Assembly: GCA_040289885.1 (NCBI GenBank)
Contig: PSLZ01000006.1
Coordinates: forward strand, 37,211-101,210
Length of the DNA: 64,000 bases
Direction: 5' to 3'
DNA from: Armatimonadota bacterium
GTDB lineage: Bacteria > Armatimonadota > HRBIN16
The notes beneath the pieces are model-generated. The model worked only from the letters and a program-made list of their open reading frames with translations, did not search any database and was not told the DNA's origin. The position numbers and the translations under genes were made by a program. Below, piece by piece: positions 1 through 7,879 of the stretch. The number at the start of each line of letters is the position of its first letter. Position 1 is the stretch's first letter.

Positions 1-355
1 TCAGCGTGTAGTTGGGGATCATGGTCACCACGCCGGGGATCATCAGGGTGGCAAGGTAAAGGCGAAATATGGTATCGCGCCCCTTCCACCGCAGCCGCGC
101 GAACGCATAAGCAGCCATGGCGCTGGTGAGGCACTGCAGAAAGGTCACCCACGCGGCGATAAACACGCTGTTGAAGTAGTATCGGGCAAAGGGGATCTGC
201 TCGAACACCCGTGCATAGTTTTCAGGATGCCACACGGTGGGCAGAGGGTTGATCTGCTCGACCTCCTCCAGCGGCTTGAAGCTTGCCAGCACCATCCAGA
301 CGAAGGGCGCAAGCGAGGTTAGCGCCATCATCGTTAGCACGAGATGGCTGAACAT
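1..355 (-). CDS. ABC transporter permease, MalG/UgpE-like, partial. The C-terminus runs off the window start.
   Basis: Reverse-strand reading from the ATG at 353-355 gives MFSHLVLTMMALTSLAPFVWMVLASFKPLEEVEQINPLPTVWHPENYARVFEQIPFARYYFNSVFIAAWVTFLQCLTSAMAAYAFARL... This is the typical N-terminus and first transmembrane helix of a binding-protein-dependent permease. The frame stays open past position 1. An in-frame upstream GTG at about 440-442 is an alternative start. It lies immediately downstream of, and co-oriented with, the permease at 571-1542. Confidence 0.65.
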   Translation of the reverse strand, partial: MFSHLVLTMMALTSLAPFVWMVLASFKPLEEVEQINPLPTVWHPENYARVFEQIPFARYYFNSVFIAAWVTFLQCLTSAMAAYAFARLRWKGRDTIFRLYLATLMIPGVVTMIPNYTL

Positions 356-454
356 GCCCTTCAACAAGGAACGCCCACCCCGCCTGCCGGTCGGAGCGAC
401 CTCTGCTCTGCCGAAAACTGCTTGCTGTGCTTCCTCTACCACTTCAGCCTCCGG

Positions 455-560
455 GTAAGAGATTCTTCGCCTTACGGCTCAGAATGATGTCTTTTGTTGT
501 CATGCTGAACGCTAACCCTATTGTCATGCTGAGCGCCAGCTCTGCATCTCGTTTTTGAGA
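455..560. repeat. Copy of an intergenic hairpin-forming repeat family, with units TTCGCCTTACGGCTCAGAATGA / TGTCATGCTGA(A/G)CGC / GCATCTCGTTTTTG.
   Basis: The sequence cttcgccttacggctcagaatgatgtcttttgttgtcatgctgaacgctaaccctattgtcatgctgagcgccagctctgcatctcgtttttgag lies between two permease genes. The same units recur at 2225-2395 and, in inverted orientation, at 63518-63655. There, ctcaaaaacgagatgcagagctggcgctcagcatgac is the exact reverse complement of 519-557. Confidence 0.6.
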
Positions 561-570
561 CTCCTCTCGT

Positions 571-1542
571 CTAGTAGCTGACCTCTTTTACCCCGAACCT
601 CCAGTTGACCAACGTGACCACGAAAATAATGGCGAACAGAATCCACGAAATGGCGGAAGCGTAGCCGATCTGGAACTCCTCGAACGCTTTGGTGTAAATA
701 TAGTAGGTCAACGTGGTCGTGGTGCCGGCGGGACCGCCGCCGGTCATCACCCTCGCCTGCTCGAACCCGCCCTGTAGTCCGCCGATGAAGCTCATTACCA
801 CGATGAAGAAGGTAGTCGGCGCGAGCTGGGGCCAGGTGACATGGCGGAAGACCGACCATTTGCCTGCGCCGTCCAATTGCGCGGCTTCAATCAGCTCCTG
901 TGGCACGTTGGTCAATGCCGCCAGGTACAACAGCATGTTGTTGCCGCCGATGGCGATCCAGATGCCCATGATAATCAGCGCATCGCGGGCACCCAGCCCA
1001 AACTGCTTCATGCTCAGGCGCACCTGCTCCACCTCCAAGCCCAGCAGGTTGGCGGTAGAGAGGAGCCATTCGGGGGCTTTTACCTTCAGCCCCAGTGCCT
1101 CGCTGACCGCGTGGATGGTGGCGTTGATGGGACCGAAATCGGGATTGTACAGCGCCTTCCACAGAATCATCAGCGCCACCCCGCTGGTGATACTTGGCAG
1201 ATAGAACAGCGTGCGGTAGACCACAATGCCCCGCAACCGCTGGCTGAGCAGAACTGCCAGTGCTAGCGAGCCCGCGATGGCTATCGGCATTCCCAGCATC
1301 AGATACAGTGTGTTGATGAAATAGAGCCAGAACTGCTGGTCGCGCATCAGCTCGAGGTAGTTGCCGAAGCCGATCCACTGGAAGGGCACGGTGCGCTGGA
1401 GGTTCCAGTTGGAGAAGCTGACCACCAGCGAGAACAGCACCGGACCCGCCGTAAACACCGCGAAGCCCGCAAAGTTGGGCAGAAGAAACAGCCACGCGAT
1501 GGCACGCTCGTCCGTCGCCTGGCGTCTGGATAGAACGCTCAT
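571..1542 (-). CDS. ABC transporter permease, MalF/UgpA-like.
   Basis: From the ATG at 1540-1542 the translation is MSVLSRRQATDERAIAWLFLLPNFAGFAVFTAGPVLFSLVVSFSNW..., multi-TM, with the EAA-loop signature IEAAQLDGAGKWSVFRHVTWPQLAP. The ORF-track extension to 1710 is an Arg/Gly-rich upstream read-through that overlaps the next gene. The ATG overlaps the stop of the upstream gene (ATGA). Confidence 0.8.
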   Translation of the reverse strand: MSVLSRRQATDERAIAWLFLLPNFAGFAVFTAGPVLFSLVVSFSNWNLQRTVPFQWIGFGNYLELMRDQQFWLYFINTLYLMLGMPIAIAGSLALAVLLSQRLRGIVVYRTLFYLPSITSGVALMILWKALYNPDFGPINATIHAVSEALGLKVKAPEWLLSTANLLGLEVEQVRLSMKQFGLGARDALIIMGIWIAIGGNNMLLYLAALTNVPQELIEAAQLDGAGKWSVFRHVTWPQLAPTTFFIVVMSFIGGLQGGFEQARVMTGGGPAGTTTTLTYYIYTKAFEEFQIGYASAISWILFAIIFVVTLVNWRFGVKEVSY

Positions 1543-2021
1543 AGTTTGTAGCCGAACCGGCGCAGGAGCTGCTTGCGTTCCTGAATGTCCTGCTCGGTCT
1601 CCACCCCTTTGGTCTTGATCCCGTCGATCACGCCCAGCACACCGCGCCCCTGCTCGGTTTCGGCGATGACCACCTGTAAAGGGTTCGCGGTCGCGCAGAA
1701 GACGCGGCACACTTCGGGTACAGCCTTCACCGCATTGAGCACGTTGATGGGGAAACCGTCCTTCAGGAAGATAATGAACACATGCCCTGCCGATAGCAGA
1801 AGGGCATTCTTCTTGGCGAGCTCTATCAGCTCGGCATCGTTGCCGCTATAGCGTACCAACGCGGGTCCCGACGACTCACAGAACGCCAGTCCGAACTTCA
1901 GCGATGGCGCGGAGCCTGCCAGCACCTCGTGCAGGTCCTCCACCGTCTTGATGAAGTGTGACTGCCCCAGGATTAGGTTATAGGCGTTAGGGTTCTCGAT
2001 CTGCACGACATGCAGTTGCAT
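1539..2021 (-). CDS. Adenosine-specific kinase family protein (PF04008-like).
   Basis: 160 aa: MQLHVVQIENPNAYNLILGQSHFIKTVEDLHEVL...GFPINVLNAVKAVPEVCRVFCATANPLQVVIAETEQGRGVLGVIDG...RKQLLRRFGYKL. This matches my recollection of the highly conserved adenosine-specific kinase family. The stop overlaps the permease start. Confidence 0.55.
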   Translation of the reverse strand: MQLHVVQIENPNAYNLILGQSHFIKTVEDLHEVLAGSAPSLKFGLAFCESSGPALVRYSGNDAELIELAKKNALLLSAGHVFIIFLKDGFPINVLNAVKAVPEVCRVFCATANPLQVVIAETEQGRGVLGVIDGIKTKGVETEQDIQERKQLLRRFGYKL

Positions 2022-2224
2022 AACCAGCCCTCCCCTCCTACTGTGAGATGATACCCCTTTTTCGATTCGCGCGGGGTAAGGGGAGTCCTGCTATTCGCTT
2101 GAATAAGCCAGACGTTGACATCATATGCCAGATTGTGATATGGTAAGTCAATCAAGTTGTTTGGAAAAGCCCAGAGTAAACTTCTCTTGCTGATAAAAAG
2201 GCAATACTCGTCATCTCGAAGAGG

Positions 2225-2395
2225 CTCGTTTGGGATCCTTCGCCTTGCGGCTCAGAATGACAGGAAGAGGCGGCTCAGAAGGACGCCATTATTGTCATGC
2301 TGAACGCAGTGAAGCATCTCGTTTTTGTTTGTTGTCATGCTGAGCGCTAGCGAAGCATCTCGTTTGGGGTTCTTCGCCTTACGGCTCAGCACAGT
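2225..2395. repeat. Second and largest copy of the hairpin repeat family, with about 5 units in 170 nt.
   Basis: tccttcgccttgcggctcagaatgacagg...ggcggctcagaagg...tgtcatgctgaacgcagtgaagcatctcgtttttg...tgtcatgctgagcgctagcgaagcatctcgtttgggg...ttcttcgccttacggctcagcacag. It lies between the adenosine-kinase-like gene and the solute-binding protein gene. Confidence 0.6.
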
Positions 2396-3762
2396 TACTG
2401 GGGAACGCGGGCACTTCTGTTGTGAGCTTGCACTAGCGCCTCGTAACGTTTGCGCAGTTCGGGGTCGCGCTGAATCGTCTTCTGAATCTCCGCATTGATC
2501 TGGCGGGCTGCGGTGCGCAGGGCGTCTGCCGCCGACTTCTGATTACTCTTTACCAGGTCCAACTGCTTGTTCAGGATGCGCATGGCGGTCTGCCCGTTCA
2601 CGAAAGGACTGACCTCGTCCGGCACGGCATAGTTCATCGCGTCACGCCAGACGGCGTTAAAGTCCTCTTCGGGGGAGTCGGGGTCGTGCAAGTATCTTTC
2701 AGTGTAGGAGTATTTTTTCACCGGCGCCAGAGCATCCGCCTGATGGTTGATCAGCTCGTTGTACTCTTTGCTAGCGAGGTAGAGCAGAAACTTCAGCGCA
2801 TGCTGTCGGCGGGGGCTGTTGCGGTTGATCAGTGAGGCACGCCCATAACCCCGAAAGAGGCGATAGGGTCCATGCGGCGACTCCACCGCGCCGAGCCTTA
2901 GCCCCTTGTAATTGCGCAGGGTACACAACCACCACCGCCCGCCCAGTGCCATCGCGCCCTTCTTCATGCCGAAGAAGGTGATGGTGCCCGAACCCCATCC
3001 GCCCTGCGTCGCCATCGCCGCCTCTTCCACCGGGCTGGGCATCACCCGGTACTTGTAGATGAGGTCCTGCATGAACTGCACCGCCGAGATCGCCTGGGGG
3101 CTATCGATGATGCACCGCGTCCCGTCGGGGGTGTACAGCCTGCCGCCCCACTGCAGGACAAAGTGATACCAATTCCACCAGTCCATCAGCAAGCCAAACT
3201 GCAGGGTTCTGCCGTTGCGGTCGCGGATGGTCAGCTTTTTCGCCACTTCCAGAAACTCCTGCCAGGTCCAGGGTCCCTTTGGGTAGGGCACACCGTATTT
3301 GTCGAAGATGTCTTTGTGGAACCAGATGGCGTTCACCGCCGCGTTGGTGGGGAAACCGTACACGCGTCCCTCGTGGATGATGTTGGGGTGTACCGCCCGC
3401 CAGACATCGTTTTCGACATCGATGCCCGCTTTTTCCAGCGCGTCGGTCACATCCCACGCAATGCCTGAGCGCACGTAGGCGGATAGCTGGAAGCCGTCAT
3501 AGCAGTCGAAGATGTCCGGTCCCACCCCTGCCAGCGACTGCACGATCACCTTCTCCATGCCCGTGTTGCTGGGGTCCAGCCTCAGGTCGTATTCAGGATG
3601 CAGTTTGTTGAAGAGGGCGATCTGCTCGCGGCGGGCGGGGTTGTCGTCGCTGACCCACACGAGCGGGATTTTACCCTGTGCCGTGTCGCGCGGCTGGATG
3701 CGCCACGCAACCAGCGACAACAGCACCAACACGATGAATGCGCCAGCAAAGAAGTACTTCAT
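2395..3762 (-). CDS. ABC transporter substrate-binding protein (sugar, family 1).
   Basis: 455 aa. N-terminal signal/anchor MKYFFAGAFIVLVLLSLVAW. The overall composition is typical of extracellular solute-binding proteins (W/Y-rich, e.g. LLMDWWNWYHFVLQWGG). An RBS aggag lies upstream. It sits upstream of and co-oriented with the two permeases. Confidence 0.75.
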   Translation of the reverse strand: MKYFFAGAFIVLVLLSLVAWRIQPRDTAQGKIPLVWVSDDNPARREQIALFNKLHPEYDLRLDPSNTGMEKVIVQSLAGVGPDIFDCYDGFQLSAYVRSGIAWDVTDALEKAGIDVENDVWRAVHPNIIHEGRVYGFPTNAAVNAIWFHKDIFDKYGVPYPKGPWTWQEFLEVAKKLTIRDRNGRTLQFGLLMDWWNWYHFVLQWGGRLYTPDGTRCIIDSPQAISAVQFMQDLIYKYRVMPSPVEEAAMATQGGWGSGTITFFGMKKGAMALGGRWWLCTLRNYKGLRLGAVESPHGPYRLFRGYGRASLINRNSPRRQHALKFLLYLASKEYNELINHQADALAPVKKYSYTERYLHDPDSPEEDFNAVWRDAMNYAVPDEVSPFVNGQTAMRILNKQLDLVKSNQKSAADALRTAARQINAEIQKTIQRDPELRKRYEALVQAHNRSARVPQ

Positions 3763-3975
3763 GCTGAGACTCCTGAGGGCATCAGCCGATATACTATTTG
3801 CACTAAGCCTCCGCCATTCCTGTTTCTAGGGATATACTTGGGGGTTCTTGGCTTCGTTCAGAACGTCAGCCCCCGCTCAGCACTCAAGAGCCTCTGGGTT
3901 CCATGAATCGCTTGCTCGTCGCACAGGAAGTGCACCGCTCCGGCGCGAAGATTGTTCCCAACAGGAGGGGAAGGG

Positions 3976-6900
3976 ATGCGACATCTTGGGTGGTGCACCA
4001 TCATGGTTTGTCTGTTTGCCGTGAGCGCGTGTGCGGAACCGACGATCGGCATCCTGCATTTTAGCGAACGACAGCCCACTAACCTCCAACAGGCTATTCG
4101 GGATGCGGTGCCCAGGGCGCAGGTGGTGCTTGTCTCGGTGGATGCGTTCGCGAGCGGTCGTCTGCCTCAAGGGGTATCCCTGCTGGTAGTGCCGGAGGCG
4201 CACCGGCTACCTGCGATGGTGGGCGAACCGCTGCAGGCATGGATTCGCGCGCGCAAAGGGGTGTTGTTCGTTAGCGATGCGATTCCTCTGCAGACATGGC
4301 TCTATCGCGCAAAGACACGCTGGGTAGAGCGACAAGAGGCTCTGCTGGAGCTGGCAACCTGGCGTCCGCTGTGGCAGGGGCAATTCCCGCCCGTCTCCGC
4401 CTGGCTACGCGCGACCAACGCTCCGCACATCGCCACCTCGTGGTCACGGGTGGACACACCGCACGGCACCGGATGGCGCATCACTGTGCCCCAGCTGTCC
4501 GGCTGGTGTACCTACAACCTGCGGATGGAACCGCCGTTCCGCGAGGGCGAAACGCTGATGAGCTTCTGGGCGAAGGGTGACGCCAACACACGTGCCCTGT
4601 CGATAGAGTGGCAGGAGCGGGATGGCTCGCGATGGGTGGCTACCGTTGCGCTGTCTACCGCTTGGCAACGGTTCGCGCTCTCAGCGAGCGACTTTGCCTA
4701 TTGGCCCGATAACCCCTCCAAGGGGCGCGGTGCACCGGGTGACCACCTCCAGCCCCAAAATGCCGTTGGGCTCTCGATTGGGCTGGCGCAAAGCTTTGCC
4801 TCTTACCCGCCGAACACCCCGCTGGAAGCCACGATCGCCGACATCCGCATCGGCAAGATCGCGCAGGTACTACCCGAACCGCCCCGCTTTGTGCTGGAAG
4901 GGATCGCACCGGCATACAAGTTCTATACCGACTCGCGTGGGCGTCCGCGCAGTGTGATGCGCTATTGCGGAGCTGGCATCGGCGGCGAGGCACCCGGCAG
5001 GCGCATCCTCACTCCGCTGGGCGAACGCTGTTGCCTGTTCCTCAGCGCGCAGGGCGATACAGCAGGCGGCTTGTGGGGATGGATCCCCGCATCCGAGGCG
5101 AACGCCCGCAAGCTGGCAACCCTGTTGCACCCCGCGCTGAGAGGTTGGCATCTCCTGCGTGCTGGCACCGCCCAGTTTGGCTTCTGGCTGGGTGAGCCGG
5201 TGCAGTATGGGGCAGAGGTTGCCAACCGGAGCACGCAACCGGTCCACCTGCGCCTGACCGCGCGCCTCTCCTCCCCTGCCAAGCCCGCTATGACCCGAAC
5301 CCTTTCCGTGCACCTGCAGGCTGGTGAACGTCGCCGGGTGCTTTTCCCACCGGGCGCACTGTCCGAAGGCGAGTGGCGCATCGCGGTAACCGCCACAGCG
5401 GATAATGGCGCGCGGGATTCCATCGAGCATTCCTTCCACGTTGTCGGGAGACCGCCGGAGATGCCGTTGATCGAGGTGCGGGAGGGACGGTTCTATCGGG
5501 CTGGCAAGCCGTTCTATGCGCACGGCATCAACTTCTGGCCGCTGTGGATCGCCGGGCAGGAGGAGCCCGGCGAGTACTGGCAATATTGGCTCAGCCCGGG
5601 GCAATATGACCCGTCTGCGGTTGAACGCGCCCTGCGTATCGCCAAGCAGGTGGGGTTTAACGTGCTTTCCGTGCAGTACACGCACCTGTCGCAGGCACCT
5701 CAGCTGGTGGATTTCCTATACCGCGCCAGCCGGCTGGGTATATACGTCAACCTGTTCATCACCGCAGGGCATCCGTTCGGCTTCGATGCCGACACCCTGA
5801 AAGCGCTTATTCAGACAGCGCGCCTTCCGCAATGGGGCAACCTCTTCGCCTACGACATCGCCTGGGAACCCGTCTGGGGCACGCACGCCGAGCGCAAGCG
5901 TTTTGATTCCGCCTGGCGCGCGTGGATTGTCGAGCAGTACGGCTCGATTGAGAACGCGGAGCGGGACTGGGGCTATCACCTACCCCGCGAAGACGGCGAG
6001 GTCACCAATCCGACCGACGAGCAGATACTCAACGATGGCGCGTGGCAAGGCATGGTAGCCGCCTACCGGCGGTTCCTGGATGACCACGTGAACCGGGCTT
6101 ACTGGCGCGTGGTGCGCTTCATCCGGAGCATAGACCCGAGTAGGCTCATCGGCGCACGCACGGGCTACGGCGGCAACGGCAACCCATGGGCAGACATCCG
6201 AATACCCTACGACCTACTAGCGGGCGCGCCGTTTCTGGATTTCGTCTCTCCGGAGGGCTATTCGCTGGCTGAAAACTGGCAGAACTTCCGGGCAGGGGGG
6301 TTCATCACCGCCTACGCCCGCTGGGCAGGCCACGGCAAACCCGTCTTCTGGGCGGAGTTCGGCGCGTCCATCTATCCGCAGACCACCCCCGAGCGCATCG
6401 CCTACCAGCGCAACGTGTACGAGTGGATGTACCGCATGATTGAGGAATCGCGGGCGGATGGCAGTGCGGGCTGGTGGTTCCCGGGCGGATTGCGCGTGGA
6501 CGAGAACAGCGATTTCGGCATCGTCCACCCCGATGGCACCCTGCGCCCCGCGGCGAAGGTCGCTCAACAGTGGGCACAGCGACTGGCACAGATACCCCAA
6601 CAGCCCGACACGCGCGACGTGCACGTGATCACCTTCGACCGCGACCTGCACCCGCGAGGCTTCTCGCAGGTGTGGGCACGCCACCGGCAGGAGTATCTGC
6701 AGGCGGTAGCAGGAGGCAAGCGGGTAGTACTGCGTACCGCGGGCACAGGCACGACCAGCGAGAACGTGCCTCTGGTCGCAGTTGGCGAGGTAGCCTGTAA
6801 CGGCAGTAACCCGCCCAAGTATCTGAACGCGCAAATCCTGCGCATTGAAGCGGTGCACGCGAACGGTGAAACACGCGAAATCGGGCCGGACCAGCCGTTG

Positions 6901-7173
6901 CCTGCAGATACCCTCAGCCTGCGCGTGACCGTCATGAACACCGGGGAAGCGACCTGGCTACCGGCAGGCAAACGCGAGGTAAGCCTGCACACCTCTTGGG
7001 GAGCAGAGGCGCGAATCGAGCAAGCTGTGGCGCGTTACGAACAGGTATCTCTGCAGGTGCCTTTGGCGTCTGGTGCACAAAGCCCCGCGCGGATGCGGAT
7101 GGCGCTGAAGACCGAGGAGGGCAAGATTCTGGGCTTTGGGGAGCAGTGCCTCTTGAAAATAGTATACAAATAA
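3976..7173 (+). CDS. Secreted glycoside hydrolase, clan GH-A (GH5-like TIM barrel), with an N-terminal signal peptide.
   Basis: An ATG at 3976 with RBS aggagggg at 3963-3970 gives MRHLGWCTIMVCLFAVSACAEP (signal). The ORF-track start at 3952 is a TTG. Catalytic-core motifs: GINFWPLW, FNVLSVQYTH, and KPVFWAEFGAS, where the EFG motif is nucleophile-like as in GH5. About 1065 aa. Confidence 0.7.
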   Translation: MRHLGWCTIMVCLFAVSACAEPTIGILHFSERQPTNLQQAIRDAVPRAQVVLVSVDAFASGRLPQGVSLLVVPEAHRLPAMVGEPLQAWIRARKGVLFVSDAIPLQTWLYRAKTRWVERQEALLELATWRPLWQGQFPPVSAWLRATNAPHIATSWSRVDTPHGTGWRITVPQLSGWCTYNLRMEPPFREGETLMSFWAKGDANTRALSIEWQERDGSRWVATVALSTAWQRFALSASDFAYWPDNPSKGRGAPGDHLQPQNAVGLSIGLAQSFASYPPNTPLEATIADIRIGKIAQVLPEPPRFVLEGIAPAYKFYTDSRGRPRSVMRYCGAGIGGEAPGRRILTPLGERCCLFLSAQGDTAGGLWGWIPASEANARKLATLLHPALRGWHLLRAGTAQFGFWLGEPVQYGAEVANRSTQPVHLRLTARLSSPAKPAMTRTLSVHLQAGERRRVLFPPGALSEGEWRIAVTATADNGARDSIEHSFHVVGRPPEMPLIEVREGRFYRAGKPFYAHGINFWPLWIAGQEEPGEYWQYWLSPGQYDPSAVERALRIAKQVGFNVLSVQYTHLSQAPQLVDFLYRASRLGIYVNLFITAGHPFGFDADTLKALIQTARLPQWGNLFAYDIAWEPVWGTHAERKRFDSAWRAWIVEQYGSIENAERDWGYHLPREDGEVTNPTDEQILNDGAWQGMVAAYRRFLDDHVNRAYWRVVRFIRSIDPSRLIGARTGYGGNGNPWADIRIPYDLLAGAPFLDFVSPEGYSLAENWQNFRAGGFITAYARWAGHGKPVFWAEFGASIYPQTTPERIAYQRNVYEWMYRMIEESRADGSAGWWFPGGLRVDENSDFGIVHPDGTLRPAAKVAQQWAQRLAQIPQQPDTRDVHVITFDRDLHPRGFSQVWARHRQEYLQAVAGGKRVVLRTAGTGTTSENVPLVAVGEVACNGSNPPKYLNAQILRIEAVHANGETREIGPDQPLPADTLSLRVTVMNTGEATWLPAGKREVSLHTSWGAEARIEQAVARYEQVSLQVPLASGAQSPARMRMALKTEEGKILGFGEQCLLKIVYK

Positions 7174-7305
7174 TGGTATACTTTATGTGGTATGTCTACA
7201 CGACATGCATCAGTACTGGCGGAGACATGCTGTTGCGGGGCGGCGCGATGGTATCCGCCCCGCTGGGGAGGACTGTTCAGCTTGATACAGGAGGGAGAAA
7301 CGACG

Positions 7306-7824
7306 ATGGCATTCAACTTTAAACGCTACCTGATCAAGGTGCAGGGTGGACGCTACTATCTGCCCGTTTCCGCGCGGCTGGTATGGTTTCGTGAGGAGCA
7401 TCCGAGCTGGCGTGTTGAGACCGAGCCGCTGGAGCTGGACGTGGAGCACGGTATCGCCATCTTTCGGGCGCGGGTGATGGACGAGGACGGCAACGTACTC
7501 GCTACCGGCACCAAGATGGAGACGCGCGAGGGCTTTCCCGACTTCATCGAAAAGGCGGAGACGGGCGCTATCGGTCGTGCGCTGGCGGTTGCGGGTTTTG
7601 GCACACAGTTTGCGCCCGAGCTATCGGAAGGCGGTGTGGCACATCCGGTAGATTCCCCGGTAGGCGCCCTGCGTGAGCGGGAAAAGCCTCGTGACCTGCG
7701 CTGTTCCGACTGCGGCGCGGTCATCACGGAGGGCGTGTACAAGCTTTCGGAAGACCGCTTTGGCCGCCCCCTATGTGCGAACTGTCAGAAGAAGCACACC
7801 CCGCTACCCCAGCAGAAGGTGTAG
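7306..7824 (+). CDS. Rad52/DdrA/Sak-family single-strand annealing protein homolog with a C-terminal topoisomerase-type C4 zinc ribbon.
   Basis: ATG at 7306 with RBS ggaggga: MAFNFKRYLIKVQGGRYYLPVSARLVWFREEHPSWRVETEPL...FIEKAETGAIGRALAVAGFGTQF. The pattern EKAe.gAi.RAL...FG corresponds to the conserved EKArKEAVTDGLKRALRSFG segment of Rad52 and to EAEKGAFSDALKRAAVQFGIG of Deinococcus DdrA. The C-terminus CSDCGAVITEGVYKLSEDRFGRPLCANC is a zinc ribbon. Confidence 0.5.
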   Translation: MAFNFKRYLIKVQGGRYYLPVSARLVWFREEHPSWRVETEPLELDVEHGIAIFRARVMDEDGNVLATGTKMETREGFPDFIEKAETGAIGRALAVAGFGTQFAPELSEGGVAHPVDSPVGALREREKPRDLRCSDCGAVITEGVYKLSEDRFGRPLCANCQKKHTPLPQQKV

Positions 7825-7837
7825 GGTTGGGTCGGTT

Positions 7838-7865
7838 CCCCTCTCCCGCCGCGGCGGGAGAGGGG
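7838..7865. terminator. Bidirectional GC-rich hairpin between convergent genes.
   Basis: cccctctcccgcc gc ggcgggagagggg is a perfect 13-bp stem with a 2-nt loop. It lies between the stop of the Rad52-like gene (7824) and the stop of the 2277-aa gene (7880). Confidence 0.6.
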
Positions 7866-7879
7866 CAAGGCTATAACCG

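Noticed and set aside
237-458. 73-aa plus-strand ORF.
   Set aside because: It is antisense to the N-terminus of the partial permease gene and has no RBS or motifs.
571-1710. Full 379-aa ORF-track call for the permease.
   Set aside because: The first 56 codons (MPRLLRDREPFTGGHRRNRAGARCAG...) are Arg/Gly-rich read-through overlapping the upstream adenosine-kinase-like gene. The permease starts at the ATG at 1542, which overlaps that gene's stop.
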